Shown here: piece by piece, positions 37,164 to 57,145 of the stretch | Position numbering within the stretch: position 1 is the first letter of the stretch | Layout: the number at the start of each line of letters is the position of its first letter | Notes under the pieces: generated by a model | Database searches by the model: none | Told to the model about the DNA's origin: nothing | Seen by the model: only the letters and a program-made list of their open reading frames with translations | Source: Candidatus Zipacnadia bacterium | Lineage (GTDB): Bacteria; Armatimonadota; Zipacnadia; Zipacnadales; JABUFB01 | DNA: 60,564 nucleotides | Assembly (NCBI GenBank): GCA_029821745.1 | Contig: JALGSS010000005.1 | Coordinates: 1-60,564 of the forward strand | Direction of reading: 5' to 3' | Position numbers and translations under genes: made by a program

Positions 37164-38947
37164 AACATCTGCATGGCTACGCCATGAAGACCGGCATCTT
37201 GACCGAGCCGGGCTTCGCGCCCAAAACCGTCCGTTGGGCAATTCGCTTCGCCGAGGGCGGGCGGTTCATCGGCGTGACCGAACTCGGTGACGCTGAGGCG
37301 AAGAGGAACCGGGGGATGGAGTTCCTGAAGTGCCCGGAGTTCTCATTCCCACAGATGAAGGCTGGCGGCATTACCAAGAGCCACTTCCTCGTCGAGGTCG
37401 CTGAGGTCGTCGCTCTCTTCGGCCCGAAGGCCGACGACCCCAAGAAGATCGCGAAGCATGCCTACTTCGTCGGGCTACTGCGCGGTGCCGCTTCGGCCAT
37501 GCCGGAACTTGCCGTGCTGGCGGACGCGCTCGACGACCCGACCACTCTCGAAGCCATTTGCGGCCAGTTGACCGAACTCAAGGCCAAACCCACCGAGAAG
37601 GTGACGGTCGGCTTCAAGCGGCCCTTCCCGGTGGAGGGTGACCAGTGGCATGACTGGTGGCGGGGCTTACGCGAGCGACTCGCAGCGGAAATGGCCGAGG
37701 GCAAGCGGCCGACCGAGGCAATTCTGATGCGTGACTTCCTGTCGGGTGATCTGGCCGAGCCCGCTGTGACGCATCCGAAGATCACGGGGCTGGCGGATGT
37801 CGGTGGTATGGCAGTGGGTTCGCCGCTCATCGGCTTCGATAAGGAGGCCTTCGAGTCCTACGGTCTGGCGCAGTCGGCCAACTGCACGGTATCCGAGGAG
37901 GCCGCCTACGCCTACAAGGGCGCACTGAATGACCTCATCGCGAAGCACTCGTACCGTTTCGCAAAGACCAAGGTGGTCCACTGGTTCAAGCAGACGGTGC
38001 CGGACGAAGATGACCCCCTGCCATGGCTCAATGATCCCTCGGGGGGCGCAGAAGATGATGAGCATGCGGCGCTTCAGGCTCAGCAGAAAGCCCGCGAGTT
38101 GCTGGCCGCCATTGAGCAGGGGACTCGTCCTGATCTCAAAGGCAACTACTACTACGCCCTGAGCTTGTCAGGAGCAGCCGGGCGGGTGATGGTCCGTGAC
38201 TGGATGGAGGGGGCGTTCGAGGATCTGGTCGAGAACGTAGGGTACTGGTTTGAGGACCTGTCCATCGTCCATCGCGAAGGCGGACCTCGCCTCGCCCCCC
38301 TGCCCAAGTTCTACGCCGTGCTCGGGGCGACGGTTCGTGACCTTGACGATTTGGCTCCGCCCTTCGTCGCGAAAATGTGGCGCGTGGCCGTGCGCGGCGA
38401 GCCCATTCCGCGTGAAGCGCTGGCCCAGGCACTACACCGAGTGAGAGTTGACATCATCGACGACGCTCCGCCCAACCACGCCCGCATGGGCCTGATGAAG
38501 GCATATCACGTTCGCAACAGCAGAGGGGAAGGTGTTCAGACGATGCCCACACTCAATGAGGAGCATCCCAGTGCCGCCTACCAGTGCGGTCGATTGATGG
38601 CGGTGCTGGCCGGATTGCAGCGGGCCGCACTCGGTGACGTGGGCGCGGGAGTCGTCCAACGCTTCTACGCCGCCGCCAGCAGCACACCGTCGCTGGTGCT
38701 CGGGCGTCTCACACGCTCCAGCCAGTTCCACCTCAACAAGATCGAAAGCGGCGGGCTGACATACTGGTACGAGAGCAAGCTCGCCGAGATATGGGGCCGA
38801 ATGGGCGACGCCGTCCCGCGCACACTGGACCTTGAGGAGCAGAGCCTCTTCGCCCTTGGGTACTACCAGCAGCTCGCAGACCTGCGCACGAAGAAGTCCG
38901 ATCAGAATGAGCAAGCCACCAGCGAGGGAGACGATACCGATGAGTAA
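37157..38947 (+). CDS. cas8c: Cas8c (Csd1) large subunit
   Basis: 596 aa. The GTG start overlaps the cas5 stop. Size, position between cas5 and cas7, and the N-terminus [29 protein letters not shown] fit Csd1. Confidence 0.85.
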   Translation: MLKHLHGYAMKTGILTEPGFAPKTVRWAIRFAEGGRFIGVTELGDAEAKRNRGMEFLKCPEFSFPQMKAGGITKSHFLVEVAEVVALFGPKADDPKKIAKHAYFVGLLRGAASAMPELAVLADALDDPTTLEAICGQLTELKAKPTEKVTVGFKRPFPVEGDQWHDWWRGLRERLAAEMAEGKRPTEAILMRDFLSGDLAEPAVTHPKITGLADVGGMAVGSPLIGFDKEAFESYGLAQSANCTVSEEAAYAYKGALNDLIAKHSYRFAKTKVVHWFKQTVPDEDDPLPWLNDPSGGAEDDEHAALQAQQKARELLAAIEQGTRPDLKGNYYYALSLSGAAGRVMVRDWMEGAFEDLVENVGYWFEDLSIVHREGGPRLAPLPKFYAVLGATVRDLDDLAPPFVAKMWRVAVRGEPIPREALAQALHRVRVDIIDDAPPNHARMGLMKAYHVRNSRGEGVQTMPTLNEEHPSAAYQCGRLMAVLAGLQRAALGDVGAGVVQRFYAAASSTPSLVLGRLTRSSQFHLNKIESGGLTYWYESKLAEIWGRMGDAVPRTLDLEEQSLFALGYYQQLADLRTKKSDQNEQATSEGDDTDE

Positions 38948-39956
38948 GGCCATAGCCAACAAGTATGAGTTCCTGTATCTGTTCGACTGCGAGAACGGCA
39001 ACCCCAATGGTGACCCGGACGCGGGCAACGCGCCGCGCATCGATCCCGAGGACCTGCATGGCCTCGTCTCGGACGTGGCGATGAAGCGCCGGCTGCGCAA
39101 CTACGTGCAGTATGCGCGCGGCAACGAGATGCCCAACGCGATCTTCGTCGAGCAGGCCACCAACCTGAACCGACGCATCGTGATGGCGCATGAGCAGACC
39201 GAGGGCGGCCTCGACACCGGGAGCAAGGGTGCAGGCAAGGACAAGGTCGGGTTGGCAAAGGACTGGATGTGCGAGAAGTTTTACGACGTGCGCACCTTCG
39301 GGGCTGTCATGAGCACCGGCCCCAACGCCGGCCAGGTGCGTGGTCCGGTGCAGTTCGCCTTTGCACGCTCGCTCGACCCGGTGCTGCCCATGGACATCTC
39401 GATTACGCGCATGGCGGTCGCCGACGACATCGGGAAGGGCAAGTCCTCAGAGGACTACGTGAAGTGGGAGGCGGACCAGCCCGAGGACACGCTGCGTACC
39501 ATGGGCCGCAAGTCACTGATCCCCTACGGGCTCTACATGGCCAAGGGGTTCATCAGCGCTCACCTCGCCGAGGGGACGGGCTTCGGCGACGAGGACCTCG
39601 GTCTGTTCTGGGAGGCGCTGCTGAAGATGTACGAGCACGACCGTTCGGCCAGCAAGGGTCTGATGTCCGTCCGCGAACCGATCTTCGTTTTCAAGCACGT
39701 GGGCACGGACACCAACGACGAGCAGCGCGCCAGTCAGGCCAAGCTCGGCTGCGCGCCCGCCCACAAGCTCTTCGATCTGGTTGATGTGCGCAAGCGCGAG
39801 GATGTCGCGGCGCCTCGGTCCTTTGCCGACTACGCGGTAACCTTCCACCAAAGCGGCCTGCCGAACGGTGTGCAGGTGGGCTTCGTGGTTACCGGTGATG
39901 GTGGTGGCGCCGAGGTAATCTGGGATGCGGCGCCTGAGGGCGTAACTGTGGACTAA
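38940..39956 (+). CDS. cas7: Cas7c (Csd2) backbone subunit
   Basis: [55 protein letters not shown] is the Csd2 signature. The ATG at 38940 overlaps the cas8c stop. Confidence 0.9.
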   Translation: MSKAIANKYEFLYLFDCENGNPNGDPDAGNAPRIDPEDLHGLVSDVAMKRRLRNYVQYARGNEMPNAIFVEQATNLNRRIVMAHEQTEGGLDTGSKGAGKDKVGLAKDWMCEKFYDVRTFGAVMSTGPNAGQVRGPVQFAFARSLDPVLPMDISITRMAVADDIGKGKSSEDYVKWEADQPEDTLRTMGRKSLIPYGLYMAKGFISAHLAEGTGFGDEDLGLFWEALLKMYEHDRSASKGLMSVREPIFVFKHVGTDTNDEQRASQAKLGCAPAHKLFDLVDVRKREDVAAPRSFADYAVTFHQSGLPNGVQVGFVVTGDGGGAEVIWDAAPEGVTVD

Positions 39957-39974
39957 CACCGCGGAGGTGCCACC

Positions 39975-40682
39975 ATGTACGACGAGGACGATCTGCTGCC
40001 CATCTCGGCGCTGCAGCACCTGGTTTTCTGCGAGCGCCAGTGCGCCCTGATTCACATCGAGGGACTGTGGGCAGAGAACATGCTCACAGCCCAGGGGCGC
40101 GAGGCCCATGACCGCGCCCACGAGGCCGAGACCGTGACGCGCGACGGTGTGCGTATCTGCCGCGGCCTCAGACTGCGATCGGTGCGCCTGGGCCTGAGCG
40201 GGCAGGCGGATGTCGTGGAGTTCTACCGCTCCGGTGAGGACGAACGCGCCAGCGACGAGAAGGTGGCCCCAGGAGTCCCTCTGGAGGGACTCCCGGGGCT
40301 GTGGTGCCCCTTCCCGGTGGAATACAAGCGCGGGCGCCCCAAGCCGGACATCTGCGACGAAGTGCAACTCTGCGCCCAGGCGGTCTGCCTGGAGGAGATG
40401 CTGGGCGTGACTGTGCCGATGGGAGCGATCTTCTACGGCCAGCCGCGCCGGCGCATGGAGGTACCCTGCGGGGCGGAACTGCGCAGCCAGACCGAGGCAC
40501 TGGCCTTGCGCTTGCACGAGTTCATCGCGGCGGGCGTCACGCCACCGGCGCATTACGAGAAGAAGTGCCGGGGATGCTCGCTGGTCTCGCTGTGCATGCC
40601 AGAGACAGCGGGGGCTGGCCGCAGCGCCCGACGCTACCTGGACGACGCCATCGCTGAAGCCACCCAGGATCGGGGGCAATAG
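39975..40682 (+). CDS. cas4: Cas4 (RecB-like exonuclease with Fe-S cysteines)
   Basis: The N-terminus is LPISALQHLVFCERQCALIHIEGLWAEN, and C-terminal cysteines occur in KKCRGCSLVSLC. Confidence 0.9.
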   Translation: MYDEDDLLPISALQHLVFCERQCALIHIEGLWAENMLTAQGREAHDRAHEAETVTRDGVRICRGLRLRSVRLGLSGQADVVEFYRSGEDERASDEKVAPGVPLEGLPGLWCPFPVEYKRGRPKPDICDEVQLCAQAVCLEEMLGVTVPMGAIFYGQPRRRMEVPCGAELRSQTEALALRLHEFIAAGVTPPAHYEKKCRGCSLVSLCMPETAGAGRSARRYLDDAIAEATQDRGQ

Positions 40683-40683
40683 C

Positions 40684-41715
40684 ATGAAACGATTGCTCAA
40701 CACTCTATACGTCACCACACAAAGCTCGTATCTCATGCGCGAGGGTGACACCGTGGTCGTCCGCGTGGACAAGGAGGATCGACTGCGCGTGCCGCTGCAC
40801 GGCCTGGCCGGCATCGTGTGCTTCGGTAGGGTCAGTGCCAGCCCGCAACTCATGGGCGCTTGCGCCGAGCGCGATGTAGCCATCTCGTTCTTTGATGAGC
40901 GCGGCCGGTTCTGGGCGAGAGTTCAGGGCCCGGTCTCCGGCAATGTGCTGTTGCGCCGCGAGCAGTACCGCCGGGCTGAGGACCCCGAGCAGACCGCCGC
41001 CATCGCCCGCGCGATCGTGGCCGCGAAGATCGCCAACAGCCGCACTGTGCTCATGCGCGCCGTCCGCGATCACCCCGAAATGGCCGGCGCCGAGCATACC
41101 CGTGACGCCGCCGATCATCTCGCGCGTCTACTCAAAGCGCTCGACCGCGACCTGCCGCTCGACACTGCGCGCGGCTACGAGGGTGAGGCGGCGAAGACAT
41201 ACTTCGGGGTCTTCGATCACCTGATCGTGGCCCAGAAAGAGGACTTCCGTTTTGGCGGACGCAACCGGCGTCCCCCCTTGGACAACATGAACGCACTGCT
41301 CTCCTTCCTGTATGCGATGCTGGCGCACGACACCGCTGCGGCGCTTGAGGGAGTGGGACTTGATCCGGCGGTAGGCTACCTGCACCGGGACCGTCCCGGC
41401 CGACCCGGACTGGCGCTCGATCTGATGGAGGAGTTGCGCCCCGTGATCGCGGACAGAGTCGTGCTCTCCCTGGTCAACCGCCAGCAGATACGCGGTTCGG
41501 GTTTCGTGTGCACAGAAACCGGCGCGGTGATGATGGACGATGACACACGCAAACAGGTGCTCCTCGCATACCAGGAGCGCAAACAGGAGGAGATGCAGCA
41601 TCCGTTCCTCGACGAGAAGGTGGCGGTCGGCCTGCTGCCGCACGTGTCAGCGCTTCTGATGGCCCGCCATCTGCGCGGCGATCTCGACGGCTACCCGCCC
41701 TTCCTATGGAGGTGA
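40684..41715 (+). CDS. cas1: Cas1 integrase (I-C type)
   Basis: The sequence MKRLLNTLYVTTQSSYLMREGDTVVV...GYEGEAAKTYFGVFDHL...ALLSFLYAML...GYLHRDRPGRPGLALDLMEELRP contains conserved Cas1 motifs. Confidence 0.92.
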   Translation: MKRLLNTLYVTTQSSYLMREGDTVVVRVDKEDRLRVPLHGLAGIVCFGRVSASPQLMGACAERDVAISFFDERGRFWARVQGPVSGNVLLRREQYRRAEDPEQTAAIARAIVAAKIANSRTVLMRAVRDHPEMAGAEHTRDAADHLARLLKALDRDLPLDTARGYEGEAAKTYFGVFDHLIVAQKEDFRFGGRNRRPPLDNMNALLSFLYAMLAHDTAAALEGVGLDPAVGYLHRDRPGRPGLALDLMEELRPVIADRVVLSLVNRQQIRGSGFVCTETGAVMMDDDTRKQVLLAYQERKQEEMQHPFLDEKVAVGLLPHVSALLMARHLRGDLDGYPPFLWR

Positions 41716-42012
41716 TTGCCGGTGATGATCCTGGTGGCGTATGACGTCAGCACTGAAACCGCGGCAGGTCGCACACGGCTGCGACACGTTGCCAAGATGT
41801 GCGAGAGCCGAGGCCAGCGGGTCCAAAACTCCCTATTCGAATGTCTGCTGGACCCGGCCCAATGGATCGAATTGCGCGCGCGTCTGGTGGAGGAAATCGA
41901 CGCGGACAAAGACAGCCTGCGCTTCTACTTCCTCGGGAAGAACTGGCAGCGGCGCGTCGAACACGTCGGAGCCAAGCCAACCTATGATCCTGAGGGACCA
42001 CTGATCGTCTGA
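41716..42012 (+). CDS. cas2: Cas2
   Basis: MILVAYDVSTETAAGRTRLRHVAKMCESRGQRVQNSLFECLLD...DSLRFYFLG. The likely start is the ATG at 41725; the ORF track uses the TTG at 41716. Confidence 0.9.
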   Translation: MPVMILVAYDVSTETAAGRTRLRHVAKMCESRGQRVQNSLFECLLDPAQWIELRARLVEEIDADKDSLRFYFLGKNWQRRVEHVGAKPTYDPEGPLIV

Positions 42013-42197
42013 CAGGTCCGCGCGAACCCCAAGCAGTGACGGTCTTGCTTAAGGAGGGTTCGCGATAGCTGGAGAGCCGTCTCACAACCACGGAGAGGAG
42101 AATATGGTGTTGGGAGCGTCTAACTCCGAAACTGTTACTCGGAGCTTCGCGCAGATCGACCTCTGAGGCCTGTCGCATCGGGGTTGACAGAGGAGCA
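42013..42197 (+). promoter_or_regulatory. CRISPR leader
   Basis: This is a 185-bp non-coding stretch between the cas2 stop and repeat 1. It is less GC-rich than its flanks (for example GGAGAGGAGAATATGGTGTTGGGAG). It begins with a 9-bp-stem hairpin, CGCGAACCC (42021-42029) / GGGTTCGCG (42056-42064). Confidence 0.7.
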
Positions 42198-50768
<8,571 letters not shown>

Positions 50769-50834
50769 ACCGAGGACCTTCGGAACCACGGCACCAACGG
50801 CAAGGCAACAGCGACACAGCGACGACGGCAGGAA

Positions 50835-50893
50835 GTCTGCCTCACAGGCTGAACACTCTCACTGCAGGTGGTATCAAGACGGGGGCAAGAGCA
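50835..50893 (-). repeat. ~60-nt dispersed repeat, copy 1 (inverted relative to 57146-57205)
   Basis: GTCTGCCTCACAGGCTGAACACTCTCACTGCAGGTGGTATCAAGACGGGGGCAAGAGCA matches the reverse complement of 57146-57205 at about 54 of 59 positions, with one indel. Confidence 0.8.
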
Positions 50894-50922
50894 TCGGTGT
50901 CCCGGTGGTTTGCCGTCGCCGT

Positions 50923-53798
50923 TCACGGTCCCGGCAACGAGAGCTCGACCTCCGCCGAGCGGTCGGCCGCGAAGAACTCGCCCTCGGCGTAGAGCCAGCC
51001 ACTCACACTGCACAGCACCCGGTCGGCGAAGTCGGTGGTCACCCACAGGCCGTCCGCTCGCTGCACCGCCAGCGCCATGCCGCGCACCTTGTAGCAGTCG
51101 CCGCCCGCGTTGGTGAAAGCCAGCGTGTTCGCCAGACTGAGCCCGCCCAGTTGCTCGGCCGGGACGTCCAGTATCTGCTCCTGCCAGGCGGCCCGGTTGC
51201 CTCTGTTCGCTGGGACCTCGCCCAGCGACTGCCCGTTGAGCAGCACCTGCTTGCCCTGGTACTTCGCCTCCGGGTTGACGTCGAAGACCTCGAATCGCAG
51301 CTTCGCAGCCGTGATGCCTGCGAGGTCGGCGACGGCTATGGTAGGGCGGTCTGGGCGAGGCAGTTCCGTCTCTGGCAAAAGCTGCACTGACCAAGCCGAG
51401 CAGCCCTGCCCAATGGCCCACGGCAGATGCTCCTCCGCGTAAGGGTCCGCGTCCGAGCGCTCGCCCGATTCGCCCACCAGCCACGCCGGCGCGGGTCGAC
51501 GAAAGGCTGGTCGCCGGGCGCGGCGAAGACTGCCTCGTACTCGACCGGCCGGCCGAGGTGAGGGAGGAGGTCGTGCGAGTGGATGACCCACTCCTCGCCC
51601 TGAGCCACGCGCACGGGCGCTGCGTCGCCATTGATCCTGGTCGCCGCGATGGGCTCCTTGAGGCTCGCACCTCGCACGATCACGTAGAGGTCCAGCCGCG
51701 TCAGGGGGCCCGCGATCGCAGGCAACGACACGTTCAGCGTCTGCCGCCCCTCGTAGTCTCCGCCGACGCGCCCTGGTGCCTGCAGGTCCGCCAGTCCATC
51801 GGGCATGGCCGCCGACGCAGGCGCAGCCGTCGGCCAGTCAGCCTCGGGACGCAGTTCGAGCAGCGTCACTGAGCAGGGGGGGAGGGTCAGCGGGTTCTCG
51901 GCCCCGGCTGCGAGGTCACCGGGCAGCGGACGGTGCGCCGGGTAGACCTCGCGGGCAGCGAAGGACGTGTCCGCCGGTCCGCGGAAGCCCACGGTCTGAT
52001 CCACCGGAACGCGGATGGTCATCGCCTGGTAGCTCGGGTTGCGCAGGGCAATGATGGCGCGATCCCCGTCCCAGTGCGCGTAACCGTAGGGCTCACCCGA
52101 GCGGGGCGAGCCGCCGAACACCCGCGTGTGCTCCAGCGTGCGCCAGTTGTCGGTGGCCCAGCGGGTGGTGCTCCCCAGCGCCCGCCACTGCTCCTCACTG
52201 AGCAGCCCGGGCGAGACATAGAGTTCCTTCAGCAGCACGCCTCGCCCGTAGTACATGGCCACGTAGTCGGCCCATTCGCGCAAAGTCTCGTCCGGCCCGC
52301 CCAGGCGGTTGCGGTTGCCCTTGATGATCCCGTGAGTCATCAGCGCCGAGAGCGGCGTCGGATTGTGTTGCTCCTGGTAGACGCGATGGAAGTGCGCGTC
52401 GCGGTAGCTCATCGCCCACTCGCGCCGCGAAAGCTGCGGGAAGGTCCGGTCGAAGCCGAAGTCCGAGGCGCACATCCAGATGGTGTCCGCGTGCTGGAGC
52501 CACCACGGAGAGAGCCACACGTTCGAGGTCACGTTGAGGAGGATGTCGGGCTGCAACTCGCGCTCGAAGGCCAGCAGGTCAAGCTCCGCGTCCAGGTTCG
52601 CCTCGTAACCGTGGCGGTCGGTGGGCAGGTGACCGTGGCCCTCGGCCGAGCAGTGCAGGGAGTTGAAGTCGTGCTTGTAGTAAAGCAGGTTCCCGTCCTC
52701 GATGAGTTGCCGAGTCGCCTCGCGCGTCGCCGCGAAGCTCTTCGGTCCGGCCAGGCAGTAGGAGCCGCCGCCACTGGATACCTCGTAGCCGTTGTCGCGC
52801 GCCCAGCCGATGTCGAGCTTCACGCCGAAGAGCGACAGCCACAGGCCCATGCGCGAGCCGTGCCCCTCGATCACCGCCGCCAGCGGCGCGAAGCCGTCCG
52901 GGTAGATGTCCTCGCGCACCCCCCACACCGACTGCTTGTTCTGCCAGCCATCGTCAGGCTGATAGGAGTCCATGTGCAGGCCATACGGCTCGAGCATGTT
53001 CTCCTCGTATGCAGTCGCGGTCTTGTCGAAATGCTCGAGCGTCATCTCCGTATCGCGCACATCATACCAGGAGTTATACTGCAGGAAGCTGCGCGAGGGG
53101 CGCTTGATGGAGGTGACGTAGTCGTCGAAGGCCAGGTCCAACGAGAGGCCCGCTGGTGACACGCCGCAGACCATCGTCCTGCTCGACCACTCCCCGTCCG
53201 GCGCCCGGCCGGGGTAGTGCTTGAGTGCGAACCCACCGTCCGATAGCACCGCGAAGAACGCGGGGTACTCGACGCCGAACCACCACGCGTCCCCGACGGA
53301 GACCGGTAATCCCTTGCCGCCGCCAGCGAGCGGCAGGTCCGTGCGCGCGGTCAGGACCCGCAGCTCGTCAATGACCACGTCCTGCTTCCCGGGGAAGCTG
53401 ATCGCCTTGCGCAGGTAGGGGGCGTCGCCCGTCAGCCAGTAGCGCAGCTCCGCAGTGACAGGCGGGTCCGCGCAGGCGAGCGTCACGACGAGCGAACCGG
53501 GCTCAGCCCCGGGCTCCGGCGCTCCCTGCCGCGCGAAGTCAGCCGCCGTCAGTTCCGCTCCCTCGTAGATGACGATGCCGATGGGGTCGGCGTCCAACGC
53601 CAACGCCGCCGACCCGTCGGCCCTTGACAGCCGGGCCATGCGCCAGCGACCGTCCGCCGACGAGAACTCGCAGCGCATCGCGGCGTTGCTCAGCGTAGCC
53701 CCCTCCGCGTGACATTCGACGACCGGGTCGGCTGCCGCAGACGCGGCAGCCAGCAACAGGCAGACCATGATGACCGGACCGGCGACAGCGGGTCTCAT
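50923..53798 (-). pseudogene. Secreted GH36/GH27-like alpha-galactosidase-fold glycoside hydrolase, one frameshift near 51487-51497
   Basis: Start at 53798 (MRPAVAGPVIMVCLLLAAASAAA signal peptide, GAGGTGA SD). Diagnostic motifs are FLQYNSWYD, YQPDDGWQ and LLYYKHDFNS (the KWDMN-like box). The frame of ORF 51336..54119 is lost after AVFAAPGDQPFVDP. It resumes in ORF 50923..51591 as APAWLVGESGERSDADPYAEEHLPW... and runs to the stop at 50923. Confidence 0.65.
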
Positions 53799-53901
53799 GA
53801 AGATCACCTCTGCCTGAGATGTTTGCCGCGATGGGGGTGGAGTCCTTCTGACCGAGATTACCCATATCAACAGGGACACCCTAGTACAGAATCGCGCACG
53901 G

Positions 53902-53930
53902 GGACGCCCCATGACGGCTATCGTTTGAGG
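53902..53930 (+). repeat. Isolated copy of the CCCCATGACGG unit, 29 nt identical to 32414-32442
   Basis: GGACGCCCCATGACGGCTATCGTTTGAGG is identical at both places. At 53931-53960 it is followed by a degenerate second unit (GATATCCGATGGCGG...). Confidence 0.8.
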
Positions 53931-54377
53931 GATATCCGATGGCGGCTGGTGATCGGTCACGGTTGGCTTGACGAACGGTGCGCTGGCGAGCGCTCTGTGG
54001 GCGCAGCGAGCCGCCGTGAAGGCGAGAAGGGCTGGGTGAAACCTGGGGCAATAGCATGCCTGGCGCGCGACGCGTGGGCAGGAGGCGGTGGAGAGGCATC
54101 GACTCAGTGGGATGGACAATGGCCCGCGACCTGCCCCAACAAGTGATACCAGTTCCTATGTGGTACTTTGGCCTCTCACGCTGCGCAGGGGGAAGGGTGA
54201 GCAGAGCGAGAAGCACACGAGCAGTTGTGACCAAGGAGGAAAGTACGACCCAAGCGGACAATGGGTCGTGTTGAGTGATGGGTATTGCGTGGGACGCAAG
54301 CCTTGCTCTGCAGGGCCGCGGACACTCGCGGCCCCAGTCGATACAGGTTCTCGTTAGGGACAGCAAGGAGGACACAC

Positions 54378-55712
54378 GTGACACGAACGCTGACAGAGGA
54401 TTCCCGGCAGATCCCCGTGTGCGCTGATGTGGACGTGGCCGTGTGCGGCGGCGGCCCGGCCGGGGTCGGAGCGGCGTTGGCCGCCGCACGGATGGGCGCC
54501 AGCGTCATGCTCCTCGAGAGCCAGCTCTGCCTCGGCGGTCAGGCCACAAGCGGCATGATGAACCGCTTGGGGCCGTACCACGACCAACAGGAAATCATCC
54601 TCCGCGGCATTCCGTGGGAGGTGGTCGAGACCCTCGTCCAGAGGGACGCAGCGCACCTGCCCGCCCCGTGTCCACACGATGTTCCCGACCGCTACTGGGT
54701 GCCCTTCGATCCTGAGGCGCTGAAGGTGCTCCTCGACGAGATGATCGAGCAAGCCGGCGTCGAGGTACTTCTCCAGACACTCGTGACCGACGTCGTCATG
54801 CAGGGCAATGAGTTGCGCGGTATCGTCATCGAGAACAAGAGCGGGAGGCAGGCCGTGCTTGCCCGCTGTGTCGTGGACGGCACGGGCGACGCCGACGTCG
54901 CAGCACGCGCGGGCGCTCCGTGCGGGAAGGGGCGGGAAACCGATGGGCTGATGCAGCCTATGGGTTTGCTGAGCGCGGTCCACAATCTCGATTTCGCCCA
55001 GTCCAGAGCATATACTGCCGCCCACTTTGCCGAGCTGACGGATGAAGCCCGGCGTCTCAGGTCGGCGAATGGGATCGCCCCCGACCGCGTCCACCGTGGT
55101 ACGGACAACCTGTTGCGGGAGGACGAAACCTACTTCAATTCGTCCCACGCCCACGGTGTGGACGGCACGAACGCTCGCGACATCACCCGGGTAGCGATCG
55201 AGGCGAGGCGCGAGATTTGGCGCAACCTGCATTTCATGAAGGAGCGCGTCCCCGGCTGGGAAAGCGCCAGCCTCGCCGCCACGGCTTCCCTGCTGGGCGT
55301 GCGCGAGACGCGCTACATCCGAGGCGAGTACACCTTGACGCTGGACGACGTAATGGCAGGGCGCAACTTCGACGACGGCATCTGCCGCTACGCCTGCTGG
55401 ATCGACACTCACGGTGTTGTGCCCGGCGAGAGGCCCGAGCACGAGGGGCGTCCGCTGCAGCCGGGCGTGTCCTACGCCATCCCGTACCGCAGTCTGGTGC
55501 CGATGCAGGTTGAGAACCTGCTCGTGGCCGGGCGTTGCTTCTCCGGAACGCATGAGGCCCGCGCCTCGGCGCGCATGATCCCGGCGTGCATGGCCATGGG
55601 CCAGGCCGCCGGCACCGCCGCGGCCCTCAGCGTCCGGGAGGCACTGCCTCCGCGGGAGTTGCCGATCGGCCTGCTGCGAGACCACCTGCTGAGCCAGGGC
55701 GTGGTGCTCTGA
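54378..55712 (+). CDS. FAD-dependent oxidoreductase
   Basis: The dinucleotide-binding N-terminus is DVDVAVCGGGPAGVGAALAAARMGASVMLLESQLCLGGQATSG. A GTG at 54378 is preceded by AAGGAGGA; the ORF track starts at 54285. Confidence 0.8.
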   Translation: MTRTLTEDSRQIPVCADVDVAVCGGGPAGVGAALAAARMGASVMLLESQLCLGGQATSGMMNRLGPYHDQQEIILRGIPWEVVETLVQRDAAHLPAPCPHDVPDRYWVPFDPEALKVLLDEMIEQAGVEVLLQTLVTDVVMQGNELRGIVIENKSGRQAVLARCVVDGTGDADVAARAGAPCGKGRETDGLMQPMGLLSAVHNLDFAQSRAYTAAHFAELTDEARRLRSANGIAPDRVHRGTDNLLREDETYFNSSHAHGVDGTNARDITRVAIEARREIWRNLHFMKERVPGWESASLAATASLLGVRETRYIRGEYTLTLDDVMAGRNFDDGICRYACWIDTHGVVPGERPEHEGRPLQPGVSYAIPYRSLVPMQVENLLVAGRCFSGTHEARASARMIPACMAMGQAAGTAAALSVREALPPRELPIGLLRDHLLSQGVVL

Positions 55713-55859
55713 AAGGCCTGCTGGCCATACCGAAAACCACATCCGCAGCGCTGCGGAGACGGAGCCCGGCATGAGCACGAGCCCATCGACGGTGGTCACA
55801 GCGTGGGAGTATGGTGACGTAGTCCGCCAGGAAGCTTCTCGTACAAAGGAGATTTGGGC

Positions 55860-56927
55860 ATGTCAGCGATAAAGCTGGGAGCCTGGGGGCTCGGGCGCAT
55901 CGGGTTTGTTCATGTGAAGCACTTTGCCGCTCAGACCGATATGTACGAGGTCGTGGCGGGCTGCGACGTCGAACAGCCCAAGGTCGATAGACTCGTGGCG
56001 GAATATGGTTGCGCCGGATACACCAATGCCGAGGACCTGTTGGCAGACCCCAACGTCCAGTTGGTGATCATCGCCACGCGTTCACTGACGCATGTGGCCA
56101 ACGCATTGCAGGCTCTCGCCGCCGGCAAGGCCGTGCTGCTCGAGAAGCCCATTGCCATGTTCTGTTGCGAGATCGAGCAGTTGCGCCAGGCCGACCGGAA
56201 CTACCCCGGGAAGCTCTTCTTCCTGCACAATCACCGGTTCGAACCGGCCATGCAGCAGATCTTGGGGATCGCCAGGAGCGGCATCCTCGGCGACATCATA
56301 CAGGTCAAGCTATGTCGTCACCATGCCTTCTCTCGCCGGGCCGACTGGCAGGCCTACCTCCGGTACGGTGGCGGGCAGTTGAACAACTGGGGCTCCCATA
56401 TAATCGACCATGCCATGCAGTTCATCGGCGGTCCGGTCAAGGACATCTGGGGCAACCTGAAGGCCGTCAACACGATCGCCGATGCGGAGACCCACGTCAA
56501 GATCGTCCTGACCGGCGAGAATGGGATCGTCGTCGATGTGGAGATAAGCAACAACGTGGCCTTACCCGGGGCGTTTTGCACCGTCTACGGGAGCCGCGGG
56601 AGCCTGATCTGCCCGGACCAGAAGCAGATACGCCTGCGCTACCTCGGCCCTGATTTTGAGTTTTGCGGAGCGACCGCCAGCACGGACTCCCCGCCCCTGA
56701 ACGGTGGGCACTGGAGCGATATGGATCTTCCGTGGCGCGACGAGACGCAGATGGTCGAGCCCGACACGAACATGTGGGTCTACGTGGAGATTGAGACCGC
56801 CCAGCATCTCTACCGGACTCTGCGCGAAGGCGTGCCGTTCCCCATCGCGAATGCCGACGCTTTTGAGGTCATTCGGATTATCCAGGTGGTGAAATACCAG
56901 AACCCCGAGTTCAAGTGGGATTTCTAG
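55860..56927 (+). CDS. Gfo/Idh/MocA family oxidoreductase
   Basis: The Rossmann N-terminus is MSAIKLGAWGLGRIGFVHVKHF, and the family EKP motif is in AAGKAVLLEKPIAM. AAGGAG lies upstream of the ATG at 55860. Confidence 0.85.
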   Translation: MSAIKLGAWGLGRIGFVHVKHFAAQTDMYEVVAGCDVEQPKVDRLVAEYGCAGYTNAEDLLADPNVQLVIIATRSLTHVANALQALAAGKAVLLEKPIAMFCCEIEQLRQADRNYPGKLFFLHNHRFEPAMQQILGIARSGILGDIIQVKLCRHHAFSRRADWQAYLRYGGGQLNNWGSHIIDHAMQFIGGPVKDIWGNLKAVNTIADAETHVKIVLTGENGIVVDVEISNNVALPGAFCTVYGSRGSLICPDQKQIRLRYLGPDFEFCGATASTDSPPLNGGHWSDMDLPWRDETQMVEPDTNMWVYVEIETAQHLYRTLREGVPFPIANADAFEVIRIIQVVKYQNPEFKWDF

Positions 56928-57145
56928 TACCAAGACTCAGGAAGTGTATCTGTAGCTCGGGCAGTTCGGGGGACAGCACACTTGTTTCCGGCCCCGGTCA
57001 GGCGTGTCTGGAGGTCCTGCAACGTGCGCGGCGACCATCTCGGCGGCCCCGGGAGATGAGTACGATGCCATTCATGCGCCTGAGTGACCGTCGCCTCGCG
57101 CTCGTCCGCCATCAGGTAGAGGATGGCATCGCGTATCACCGGATG

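Noticed and set aside
39513-40883. 456-aa minus-strand ORF across cas7, cas4 and cas1
   Set aside because: It is antisense to three motif-supported cas genes, a GC-rich artefact.
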